41,014 bases of DNA from NCBI RefSeq assembly GCF_001194135.2, contig NC_068993.1:5189917-5230930 (forward strand), read 5' to 3'. This document shows positions 11,470 to 22,315 of this stretch, in pieces. Position numbers and translations under genes: made by a program. Origin of the DNA: Octopus bimaculoides (lineage: Eukaryota). The first letter of the stretch is position 1. Each line of letters begins with the position of its first letter. The notes beneath the pieces were generated by a model. That model was not told the origin of the DNA. It saw nothing but the letters and a program-made list of their open reading frames with translations, and made no database searches.

Positions 11470-11700
11470 CAAGAAAGTGAAAGGGTTCTGAGGTCCTGAG
11501 AGTTAGGTCATCAGTTCAATTCCTGAACCAAGTGGCACATTCTGTCTTTGGGTAAGGCACCAGTTTACTCTGCTAAAAATGAGTCCTAGCCTGATGCTGG
11601 TGTTGCCCTCTCTCTCTCCAACTATCACATCATTAATGTTCCATTGTGTTAAGGGTGGAGGGGTGGGTGCTGAGTAGGTGTTTCTATCTGTTTGCAGCTA
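11470..11700 (+). mobile_element. SINE family S3 (tRNA head plus CORE/Meta-like box), degraded
   Basis: cagttcaattcctgaacc...tctgtctttgggtaaggcacc, related to 28180, 34780 and 38582. Confidence 0.55.
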
Positions 11701-12660
11701 CACAACTACCTAAAGCAATTTGTGAAAGTATGGTGCATCATGCTACCTGATTATCACTCGTTTATGACTGACATCTAAGCAAGCTTTAAGGATATTAACT
11801 GAAAGCTAATTGCAATTAACTTAGAACTAATATATGTTATATAATCCATTCGGCTTATCGACATTGAGTCCTTTCCATAGTTTTTGATTTAGTTTATTCT
11901 CTGATCAAACATAAACAAAACTAATGTTGTCCATCATCTCTGAGTTACAGAGAGGAAAATGGACAACATTATTTCATGGAATTGTTGAAGGTATTGAACT
12001 ACAATACTAAATGTCATGGTGTGAATTATCTTCCAAAAGCTAACGTTATACTTTGAGAGGAAATGGTTTAGTTCAGCTTTTTACATATTATTTGTATCAT
12101 CACATGGTTAGTCAATTTCGTTGATTTATTTTTATCCTTGCTAACATCTGTATATGCGTTTCTACATGATGCTACAGTGATGAGGAATGTGTAAATATGA
12201 AGGAAGTTGAAATGGCATTAAAGTAAGTCATAGTAGATTGTTATGGCAAGTAGATACAATCCTTTCCCTCCAAGAATAATGGTTTCTTGATGTCATTCAG
12301 ATCTCACCAGGGAATATGAAACAATGAGAACTGAACATTATTGCAGCATAACACAGCTATTTTCGACCACGTTTATTTGTACACCCAACATGGCCATAGC
12401 AAATGAAACACTTCTTTTTCATTAATATCAAACCAAAACAGAAAAATAAAAACATAGGAGAGTTGTGGGGGACTTGGTACTAAATCTATTTCAAACATCA
12501 TTGTAGTATGATTGCTAATCTTGGGTAACGGAACAATACACTAGACTAATGGTGGTATTTAAATACCAACATTAAAATACACATCAACAGCAGATGACTA
12601 TATACACCTATCAATGAACCATAATCTTCACTTCGAATCTGAAACCATATTTAAACTCAC

Positions 12661-12712
12661 CATTGTACAGTGCCACCATCATCTGCTTCCTCCCTTGGAA
12701 AATATCCAACGA
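12661..12712 (-). CDS. Candidate exon (last coding exon of the minus-strand chain)
   Basis: Acceptor gttttctaattttctttag, donor gtgagt; 52 nt. Phase 2 gives (G)RWIFSKGGSR* with stop at 12679-12681; other frames are also open. Confidence 0.5.
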
Positions 12713-12862
12713 CTAAAGAAAATTAGAAAACTTTTGTATTTGTCCATTTTGCTTGTGTTTCATGGTAGTAGTTGCTACCCAGGTATTTCAGACATCCCAG
12801 AAGCCACCCCCCTCTGCTGCTTTAGATGCTATTACAGTTATTCCACCCTGGTTTATCAGGGA

Positions 12863-12970
12863 TTAGCTCTTTAGCATTCAGATTACTCTGTCAAATGTAA
12901 TGCTTATTTATTCACATTGTAGTGAATTAAACATGCATTATCTCGTAGCTTTGAGATTTCAATGATGTGA
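12863..12970 (+). mobile_element. piggyBac-like MITE, 5' half
   Basis: Matches 27793-27900. Confidence 0.8.
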
Positions 12971-13175
12971 CTGTCCTGGATGGGGCAATTGTTACTGTGG
13001 TTTAGCCCCTTTGTACTGGATGGGGGTACTGGGATCCCTGTTCGAAAATATAAGGACACAGATATTGTGTCGTACAGCCAGCTGGAAACTATGTTTCCTG
13101 GGGCTAAAACAACAGTAATAATCGTCCTTTCCAGGACAGCCACATTATGTTGGCAAATAGCCTTTACTTGAATAA
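12971..13175. mobile_element. Foldback MITE, left arm truncated
   Basis: About 40-bp inverted arms ctgtcctgg...ttagcccc / ggggctaaa...ccaggacag; core matches 24880-24960. Confidence 0.8.
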
Positions 13176-13914
13176 GTTAGCTGAATAACTAAAATTGCCT
13201 TTTTTTAATGTTAGATGTAAGCTCATCTGAACAATGTCAAGTGTCATTTAAATATTTTAGAATATGATATCATTATTTTGGAACTTAATATCACAACTGC
13301 TGCGACAATGATTGATCTTAACATTCATTTGCTTTTTGGGGTTGCTTTGGGTTTTTTCTTTTTTTTTTCTTTTTTTTATATATCATATCCTAGATAACAT
13401 AACTTTTCATTACCCTCTGTCCAGAACAATAAAGACTGTAAAAGAATGATGATAACATTACAGAAATTAGCTAAAAACAATTTCAACAGTTAACACCACC
13501 TCTGTGATTAGCACTTTTACCATCGTTTATGATATCAGAATGACCATCAAAATGTATATTAGTGCTGCCTCTGTCACCAGTAATGATGGTGTTATCAAAT
13601 GACATCTTTATTACCATTTCGGCTCCAACCAATTCTATTTTCTCCCATCATCATCATTACTATAAACACTGTTTTATATTGCTGTTGTTATTTTTGTGTC
13701 AATTAATATTTGTAATATAATAAACAGTTTTCTTTTCTTTATTTTTCAGGTAAGATGTCCATTTTCAATGATTTTGCATAAAAGGTAATTATTTTTCAAA
13801 ATTTTTACACAATTAACTATTCTAATTGCATATACATTTGTAATTATTATTTTAATTGTTTTTTTTTTTTTCGTTCACAAAATTCCCTGACTTTTGTTAC
13901 ACTATTCCTCTCAC

Positions 13915-14009
13915 CCCTCTCTCATTGCTTTTGCTTCCTCCATCCATGCTGTTGCATTTGTTAAGCATTTATTGCAAGGACAGAAACTATCAAACCTGAA
14001 ACAATGCTG
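13915..14009 (-). CDS. Candidate coding exon, Cys-rich
   Basis: Acceptor tctttatcgttttcttgtccatcatcag (alternative AGs at 14007 and 13996), donor gtgaga; phase 0 to 2; QHCFRFDSFCPCNKCLTNATAWMEEAKAMRE(G). Confidence 0.5.
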
Positions 14010-14070
14010 CTGATGATGGACAAGAAAACGATAAAGATGACAATAATGATGACACATTTTATATTGCATT

Positions 14071-14086
14071 GTTGCTGCTGCTGCTG

Positions 14087-14126
<40 letters not shown>

Positions 14127-14210
14127 TGCTACTGCTGCTGCTACTGCTGCTGCTACTGCTGCTGCTACTGCTGCTGCTACTGCTGCTGCTACTACTGCTA
14201 CTACTACTCT
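14071..14210. repeat. (GCT)/(ACT) array with 12-bp higher-order unit
   Basis: Five perfect CTACTGCTGCTG units at 14129-14188. Confidence 0.95.
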
Positions 14211-14500
14211 CTCTGTCTGTCTATCCTTTTTCACTCTCTTACCAAATTAAGTGTAGTCATTGTTTGGTTAACCCTATGCTGGCCTTGTCCAGGCAAAAGT
14301 ATAACAATAGACATTCCAGCCATGACCATTTCGTATTCTACCTTTTTTTTTTGTCAATCCTTGTGAGTCCCAGACCACATGATACAGTATGTCCTTTCTA
14401 AGGTTGGTAGACTGTTCTTTGAGGAAGGTCTTTCTCATTCTCCATGCTTGCAATAATCAGACAAAGATACAAGATGGAGTCTCTACGGCTAGCAGATTAC

Positions 14501-14553
14501 ATGACCATGTAGAAGTTTCCTCATTAACTCATCAAAGCATACTCCATGAATGT
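14501..14553 (-). CDS. Candidate coding exon
   Basis: Acceptor ttttattttctcaattcag, donor gtaatc; 53 nt, phase 1 to 0; (D)IHGVCFDELMRKLLHGH. Confidence 0.4.
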
Positions 14554-14787
14554 CTGAATTGAGAAAATAAAATCTCAGAGTCCATGAAAATTGTTTTTTG
14601 AGAAAGTAAATTCTTTGACAGTTAGATGTAAGGTGTTCTATGTTTTGGGATGGTTCCAGACTGGTGCCAGATAAACATTTAAAGCCATTCCTGGCAATCA
14701 ATTGTAAGCAATCAGTCAAGTACAAAAATAACCAAAGGATTAATAATTTTGTTAAGTAAAACAAGATTTTTGAAGTCTGCAAGTTTT

Positions 14788-14990
14788 GGCAGTGAATTGG
14801 TGGAGCTGTTAAAGCATTGTAGTGAGTGTCTTGTGGTGCCTGTGTCTTGTAGTATTGAGTTCAAATCTCGTCCAAGTCAAAATACTAATTCAGTAGGAGA
14901 TGGAATTGATAGAATTCTTAAAGCATTAGACAGAATACTTTCAGGTATTTGCCGTTGTTCTTTGAGTTCTGTCCATCATGCATTCAACTA
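14788..14990 (+). mobile_element. Two degraded SINE S1 heads in tandem
   Basis: ggcagtgaattggtggag...gagttcaaatctcg, then gtaggagatggaattgatagaatt...tttgagttctg. Confidence 0.55.
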
Positions 14991-15089
14991 CACTGGTACC
15001 ACTTCATACTGAGATTGCCTTTTTCTTAGACAACATTGGCATCAGTGAGAGGTGAAATTACCACTGCTGCTGCTATTGCTACAACTTTA

Positions 15090-15120
<31 letters not shown>

Positions 15121-15735
15121 GATCATCACCATCATCAGTGATATGATCTTTATAAAATCCTTGTTGACATTAAAACTCGTCATTCTGGGCTTTCAAAAAC
15201 CTTCTGGGGTAAAAAGAAACTCTTTTAATTGTGAAACAGACATAAGTTGGAGACAAGAAGGGGAATCTGACTGTAAAACAGAGCCTCAGAAAAGATGCCA
15301 TCAAACAAATGCTGGTTATGAAGAATGGGCATTGAACAAATTAATATGTGCCATTACACATTCATTCATAGATATAAAGACACACACACTACATAACCAG
15401 ATACACATACACACATACAGATATATTTATCCAAATGGAAAACATTCAAACATGATATATAAAAATACCAATGCATTACTTAGTATCCTACTTCACTCTG
15501 TTTTTTTTTTTCATACCATTACATCTTATCACAATAGATTATTACTGTAATATGCAGCTTAAATCTCTGATACATTACCTTGACATATTTCAATACAACA
15601 CACCATATTTCAGCTGCCAACATTTGTTGATTGTCTCGACTACATTTTGACTCCGCATGTTTGTTTGTTTTTTGTTTTTTGCTTACATTATATCAAAGTG
15701 AAGAATCTACTTCTGTGGACTTATTTAAAACTCAC

Positions 15736-15769
15736 CATTCACGTCTCTAAATGTAATGACTGTAATTCT
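15736..15769 (-). CDS. Candidate 34-nt micro-exon
   Basis: Acceptor gatttatttttag, donor gtgagt; only phase 0 to 1 is open; RITVITFRDVN. Confidence 0.45.
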
Positions 15770-15919
15770 CTAAAAATAAATCATTAATGTTATACAAACA
15801 TGTTATCCAAATTCTGTAGACATGTACAAATTATATAGACATAATGGCCACAAGTACACACTTTCAGAATTATCTAAACACACTAACCAAACGATGTATA
15901 TTATATATACAATGTCCAA

Positions 15920-16013
<94 letters not shown>

Positions 16014-16071
16014 GAGCATTAATTATGTATACATCATCCAAAATATACAAACACCAATGTCCAAATTTTAT

Positions 16072-16230
16072 AGCCATTGCTGTGTAGTTAAGAAGTCCAT
16101 ATTGCAACTGTGTTGTTTTGGGTTCAATCCTATAGTGAGGCACATTGCGTATCTTCTACTATAACTCTAAATCTACCAAAGCCTTGTGAAAGCATTTAGC
16201 TAATGGAAACTATGTGAAGCCCATCACACA
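16072..16230 (+). mobile_element. SINE S2, 5' half
   Basis: gctgtgtagttaagaag...gggttcaatcc...tcttctactata...accaaagccttgtga. Confidence 0.75.
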
Positions 16231-16375
16231 CAAATACATGTGTGAATGTGTGTGGATTTTGGGGTTTTGCTTGTCTCTTTATAAGTATGGTAATGCTAAT
16301 GTTGATGACCGTTTTTGACATAATGACTATTTTCTTTGTCTTTTCAATTACTTGTGGAATATAGAAATAGCTTAC

Positions 16376-16426
16376 CTGAAAAAACAGGAAAGGATTGTGA
16401 CATGAAGAGTATCTGGTTGTATAATC
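16376..16426 (-). CDS. Candidate 51-nt exon
   Basis: Acceptor ttgattttacag, donor CAG|gtaagc; all three frames open (phase 0: DYTTRYSSCHNPFLFFQ). Confidence 0.4.
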
Positions 16427-16524
16427 CTGTAAAATCAATTTCCTGCCTTAGCCAAGCTAGCATTCAAAACTGGATGCTGAATGAATAAATAAGTTATCCA
16501 AACTATAAGCACATTTATATAAGT

Positions 16525-16905
16525 GCAAGCATGGTTGTATGGTAAGAAGCTTATTGCCAAACCACATACTTCCTGGTTCAGTCCCACTGCATGACACCTT
16601 GGGTAAGTTTCTTCTAATATAGCCTTGGGTTAACCAAAGCCTTATGAGTGGATTTGGCAGGTAGAAACTGGAAGAAGCTCATTATATTTATGAATATATA
16701 TATCTATGTTTGTATCTTTGTGTTTGTACTCCACCACCTCTTGACAACTGGTGATGAAGTGTTAAATTTCCTGTAACTTAGTAGTCCAGCAAAAGAAACT
16801 GATAAAATAAGTCTCAGGGGCTCACTTCATTCAACTGAAATTCTTCAAGGTGGTGCCCCAACACAGGTGCAGTCTAATGACTAAGACAGGTAAACGAATA
16901 AAAGA
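16525..16905 (+). mobile_element. SINE S2, full length
   Basis: tRNA-like head, CORE-like accttgggtaagtttcttc, internal AT/GT tract, 3' body and tail. Confidence 0.85.
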
Positions 16906-17322
16906 CAATGTAAGGGGTCCAAATTATATTTTCTCAGCCTCCTTTCTTCAATTAATTAATTAAAAAATATAATCCTTTGTGTTTTTTTTGTTAGGCAGTG
17001 TGAAAATATAATTTGCATCTGGGGCATTCAATACCCTTGAGATGACACACGAAGAAACGGATTGGTGTCTCAGATTGATTGGTTTTGGTGATAGAATATA
17101 CAGCTTGCTTGTTTAAGGGAACAGAGGTTCTTGTTGTAGTTGTAGCAGAAAAGAGAAGTGAAGAAACAGTATAATATGTATACAGTGGTGGAATCGATAA
17201 CTATCTTCAAATATTTCAAACAATGATTCTTGTCATCTTGGAATGAAATAAAAATAGCCTATAATTTCTTCCAGACAGATTTCAAAAACATTTCAAATCT
17301 TTTTTCTTCTTTTTCTCTTTTT

Positions 17323-17353
<31 letters not shown>

Positions 17354-18199
17354 GATACATTGGTTTCTTCAACAACTCTAAAATATAAAATAAATTCTGG
17401 CTTCTAATGTCTTCATTCCATTTTCCATATAGATATATTGATGTAGATTGTCTTTGTTTTTTTCTGTTATTCATTATTTTTTTCTTCTCTGTTACTTTTC
17501 AAAATAAACAGAGAGAAATGTTAATACTATATAACTTGGAATGTATGACTAAGCAAAGTATATTGAGATATTAAATTTTGAAAGAATCAGATACTTCTCT
17601 GGTTTCAGGAAATAAATTTTAAGTGCTGAAGTTAACGATTTTAGTTAACCTTATCGAACTATTAAATAATAAACAAGAAGTTTCCAAGAAGTAAAACCAG
17701 CATATAAACCATCCATATTAAATATAAACCATCCGTATTAAATATGCTAACATACAATTTATTCCAACTACTCTGTTATAATTGCTTAAGCTTGTAACTG
17801 CAATGATTTAGAGCCATTAAGTAAGAATTTTAAATTACTGAGGTTTTAGGAATAAAGAAACTGGAAGTGGATGCTTTCAATTTTTCCCACGAGTATAAAT
17901 AACCTGTGAAAAATAAAAGGGATTCTCCTGGGAATTGAAATCATATCTCTCAGCTCAGATTAATCTCAGGATTAAAAGAATTTAGTATAAGGAACAGTAG
18001 AAACCACAGTCTGCCCCATAATGTCTGCTTTTGGCCAGTTCCAATCATATATAAGTTTTTCTATGAGAGGTGACTTCGTATTTAACTTTTCACTATTTCT
18101 GAAGAAAAAGTTGCTGGAAGCAGTCCTCCACTCTCCTTCAAACAATGTAACCAATTCCAAGTGAATTAAAGACAAAGAAAAAGAATTAATTTCCAAATC

Positions 18200-18330
18200 T
18201 AACTTTATTGATCAACCTTGGATGGATAAAAGACAAAATTGATCATGGCAGGAATTGAACTCAGATAGCAGAGAGGCAGATGAAATAGAGCAAGACATTA
18301 CTTTAACAACTCTGCCAACTCTCTGCAGTT
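18200..18330 (-). mobile_element. SINE S1 fragment
   Basis: Reverse ggcaggaattgaactcagat...ctctgccaactc. Confidence 0.65.
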
Positions 18331-19327
18331 AGAAGTAAGTAATACCTAAAAGTGCAACAGGTGATTAACGAAGCTACCTACCCTAATTGCAAAGAAATTT
18401 TTCCAAAAAATCTGTCATAAGATATGAGGTTTCTGTCATTCAACTGGCTTACTTGGAAATTAGGTATCAATGCTGAAATTATGACTTTTTGGTAAATGTT
18501 GGAAAATGTCATGAGAATCAGATCTACAAGATGGTTTTAATTCTTGCTTCTAGCAGTTCCGCATACATCATTAATTCTCCTGACAAAAGCATTTCTATAA
18601 CACAATATCCTCCCACCAACCCCATCTCTTCATCTGAAACCTCACAGTGATTGCAGCTGAATAACATTACTACTAGTCATAAAGCATAAACCTGCCATAA
18701 GTGAGTCAGTTTACTATTTTACTGCCATTTTTTTTGCTTTTCCAGGTTTGAGCTTGTTTGGAGGTAAAGGATGGGTTCCGTTGGAGTAATTATTTTTAGT
18801 GCTTCATATCCTACCCTACTGCTAACTCTAAAATGGGAGTGTTGCAACTTGTTTCTTGTTTTTTTTTGTTTTTTTTGTCAATCAAGTAAAATGCTGTAAG
18901 CTGAGTTTTTGTGCTTTGTCAGGTGAACACCACAATGCCTATGATGTTTTCTTTTCAACTTATGACCTCGTAGTCAATATTCCAACTTCTTCACATACAG
19001 TGTAACATGTAAAAATATGTGTTACTATGTACACAACTGAATCTAATTGAGCCTAGAAAAATGAGATTTAAATGGAAAAAAGATTTCTTTGATTATTTTT
19101 ATATCATTGTCTGTGAATGATATATGTACTTATATTAATTCTGTTTTTAATTTAAGAAATTGAAACAAATTTAATTTTATAATCTGCTTAAATTATTAGC
19201 CATTATACTATAAAAATGTGCAGCATGTTTAAAGTAATTTTGTTGACTGCTAAAACTAATCTTACCTATTGTTGACTAAACTACGGATGGACACTTAACC
19301 AATGACGATGTCAATGCCAGCACTAAC

Positions 19328-19379
19328 CGAGAAAAGAATTCTTAACATTTCATCAATAAGTGGTCTTTCGTAACCATAC
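19328..19379 (-). CDS. Candidate coding exon
   Basis: Acceptor tttctgttggcag, donor gttagt; 52 nt, only phase 2 to 0 open; (R)YGYERPLIDEMLRILFS. Confidence 0.35.
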
Positions 19380-19469
19380 CTGCCAACAGAAACCTCACCA
19401 CTAATTCACAATCAAACTCAATTATTTCCAGGAAAATCTAGCCCCTCACTAATTTAACACTTTCTTATT

Positions 19470-19734
19470 TCCCATGCTGGTGCCATGTTGAATGCACATG
19501 TAATGGTACCATGTAAAACGCATCCATTCTGGTATGAGGCAGTGCTGGTGCCACATACAAAAGCATGCAGCCCACTCTGTAGTAAAGTGGTTGGTGTCAG
19601 GACGGACATCTAGTCATAGAAACCAGGCCAAAACTGAAAATCAGAGCCTGATGCAGCTCCCTAGGTTGCCAGCTCCTGTCAAACCATTCAGCCCATGCCA
19701 GCATGGAAAATGGATGTTAAGTGATGATGATGAT
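19470..19734 (+). mobile_element. RTE-type LINE 3' end with (GAT)n tail
   Basis: ...aaaccattcagcccatgccagcatggaaaatggatgttaagtgatgatgatgat; reverse complement of the 28552 family. Confidence 0.8.
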
Positions 19735-19962
19735 TTTTGTTGGTATACATTGCCTTTGTTTCAATTAATTTTGAAAATAACAAAGAATTTTGTAAAATAA
19801 GGGAAAATTTTGTAAAATAACTTTGTCATTATTAATCTGGTGTTTGCAACGTAAACTAGCATAAAATGTTGATGGAAAGTCAATGTAAATCACTTTAAAA
19901 TACCAAGTTTGTTTCAAAGAACCAGGGTTGATCTCAGGCAGACTGGTGTCAAACAGGTTGAA
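19735..19962. mobile_element. Second piggyBac-like MITE family, right part
   Basis: Ends ggtgtcaaacaggttgaa (AAGGGTTAA-like); recognised from memory of Octopus repeats only. Confidence 0.4.
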
Positions 19963-20390
19963 ATAACTCCATCTGCTGCTATTAAAATCTCAACAACAAA
20001 ATTATGTTAACACAAACCATTGCTCTCAAATAAACGTGTGTATAAAACAAGCAATTATTCTATGTTTAATGTATAAAATTGTTATTAGCAAATCTAATGA
20101 CACCTGAATTTTTAATAAGCTCTACATGGTAAATGAAATACATTTGGTCCAATATCATAGCAATTAAGCATTATAGAATATTCATAGGTTTTAGTAACAG
20201 AGGAAGTAACTATAGAAATTTAATTTCCACTTTTTTTTTTAATTCTAATAAAAACCAGTGTGAAATATTTGTTTGTCTCATCTGAAATATAATAAAAATT
20301 AGAATTAAAAAAATTAGTTTAATTCTCTAATTCATTATATACCGCAAACAATTTCTTGTCAAATATTTTTCATATTTCACAGATACAGAT

Positions 20391-20978
20391 GTAGATGTGT
20401 GTCATTAAGAAGCTTATTTCTTGTGGCTTTAGGTTCAATCACATTGTGGGACACCTTAGGGAAATGTGATCTTTTGTAGCCTCAGGCTGACCAAAACCAT
20501 ATGAGTGAATTTGTTGAACAGAAAGAAGCCCATTATATATATTTATATATATAAAGACATTTTAAGATCCACAGAGATCAGAACTTATCTGAAGCTCTTG
20601 GGTTCCATCCCACTGTGCAGCACCCTGGGTAAGTGTCTTCTACTATAGCCTCAGGCTGAGTAAAGCCTTGTGAGTGGATTTGGTAGACGGAAACTGAAAA
20701 AATCCTATCATGTATTTATATTTACATATATATATATGTGTGTATTTATGTGTGTGTGTCGGTGTTTGTTCCTCTACCATCACTTGACAACCGATGCTGG
20801 TGTGTTTACATCCCCATAACTTAGCAGTTCGGCAAAAGCAACTGATAGAATAAATACTAGACTTACGAAGAATATGCTCTGGGGTCGATTTCTTTGACTA
20901 AAACCCTATAAGGCAGTGCTCCAGCATGGCCACAGTCAAATGACTGAAGCAGGTAAAAGAATATAAGAATAAAAGAAT
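20391..20978 (+). mobile_element. Tandem SINE S2: 5' half (20391-20540) plus near full copy (20598-20978)
   Basis: Two successive heads; the second continues through a microsatellite to the tail taaaagaat. Confidence 0.85.
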
Positions 20979-21054
20979 ATGTATGCGTGTATGTGTAGAG
21001 ATATCTGTATGTATGTGTGTGCATGGGGTGGGATGTCTCTATGTCTTGAAATTT

Positions 21055-21245
21055 TATGGTAGTTGTAAATGAGTATCACTGTTATACAAGCAGTGTCCTT
21101 AGTTTCCAATGTCTGGTGAAAACATGAGGAAACATCACTCAACTTGGAAATAGGTAAGAGCTGACGACAGGAAGGGCATCCAGCCATTGTAAACAAATTG
21201 CAGCTGACCCCTGTAAGTATAGAGAAGTGGACATTAAACCAATAA
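21055..21245 (+). mobile_element. Second RTE-tail-like repeat family
   Basis: Reverse complement of 34545-34760 and 35985-36220 (ggaagggcatccagc, gtggacattaaac). Confidence 0.65.
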
Positions 21246-21997
21246 TTCAAAATATCAATACCAAGAATTTTTTTTAAAGTTTGCATTTGTTTAAACTTTA
21301 AAAAATTTGCTTAAGATTTAAACCAAAAAGAAAATATAACTAAAATAAAGACTAAACAGACTTGTGTATATTCTGCTATCAAAAACCATTATTAAAACTG
21401 TAAAATATTCCAACATATTGTATAATCTTGTGCAGTTATTTACCTATCAAACAAACTACATGAAGTTGACAGGGGTTTTTTTCACCAATAACCTAGAAGT
21501 TCATGCTAAATCAATGTCTAGTTTTGTAGAGTTCATTGCTGATAGTTTCACCATTGCTTAGAAAATATAGGGTAATACTGCTCAGATATGAAAACGAGGC
21601 TGGCTGCTTAGTGCAATTTTGATTTAGTTTTTCATCTTAGCTGCCAGCATATAATCACACATGAAAAGACTTGTGGGATCAGATAATCTTAATTAAAAAA
21701 GAAAAAAAAAGCACAAAAGGAATATAAAAGCATTTGAAATTTGGTTTGGGGATTCTTTTTATATATTTTGTTAATATTATTTTAACTTTATGTTTAATTG
21801 TTGGAAATATGCTGTACTGGAAATCTTGGTGTCTTTTTTTTCTTTTATCCGGCTTGTAAGTGTGTAGTACAGGTGTACAATAAGAAGCTTATATTCATGA
21901 TTCAGCTATAGAATATAAAATAGAAGTAATTGATGTATGCAGATATCATGAATATGATATATGAATATGATATCTAACTATATCAGATTGCTTTTTA

Positions 21998-22007
21998 TTA
22001 CAATGAA

Positions 22008-22068
<61 letters not shown>

Positions 22069-22144
22069 TATATAGAGAGAGCGAGAGCGAGAGAGAGCGA
22101 GAGCGAGAGAGAGCGAGAGCGAGAGAGAGCGAGAGCGAGAGAGA
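21998..22144. repeat. (AT)n followed by four perfect 16-bp GCGAGAGCGAGAGAGA units
   Basis: Units at 22081-22144 directly visible. Confidence 0.95.
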
Positions 22145-22272
22145 GGAGTGTAACAGTGGTAGGGATGTAAGATGCCATCAGAAACACATGTATATACACA
22201 CATATATGTATGTGAATATATGTATATATATAGATATATACATGTATATATATTTATGTCCATGTATGTGCA

Positions 22273-22315
<43 letters not shown>

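Noticed and set aside
12904-13171. ORFs of 79 and 63 aa on opposite strands
   Set aside because: Inside the chimeric MITE; palindromic sequence gives mirror ORFs.
14489-14782. 97-aa minus ORF with a signal-peptide-like start
   Set aside because: Start lies in AT-rich sequence next to SINE remnants; only 14501-14553 has splice support.
14749-15012. 87-aa plus ORF
   Set aside because: Made of two degraded SINE heads.
15580-15640. Protein-like minus frame RDNQQMLAAEIWCVVLKYVK with donor gtaatg
   Set aside because: Purine-rich acceptor and phase incompatible with the 15736 micro-exon; possible but unsupported.
16990-17245. Non-repetitive block with 55-67-codon open frames on minus
   Set aside because: No donor and acceptor pair in the same open frame; no recognisable motif.
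17972-18196. 74-aa minus ORF (GEWRTASSNFFFRNSEK...)
   Set aside because: Acceptor plausible but no good donor and no phase fit to the exon chain; left unassigned.
18453-18523. Minus exon candidate DLILMTFSNIYQKVIISALIPNFQ with donor gtaagc
   Set aside because: Weak acceptor; phase 1 start does not follow the phase 0 end of the 19328 exon.
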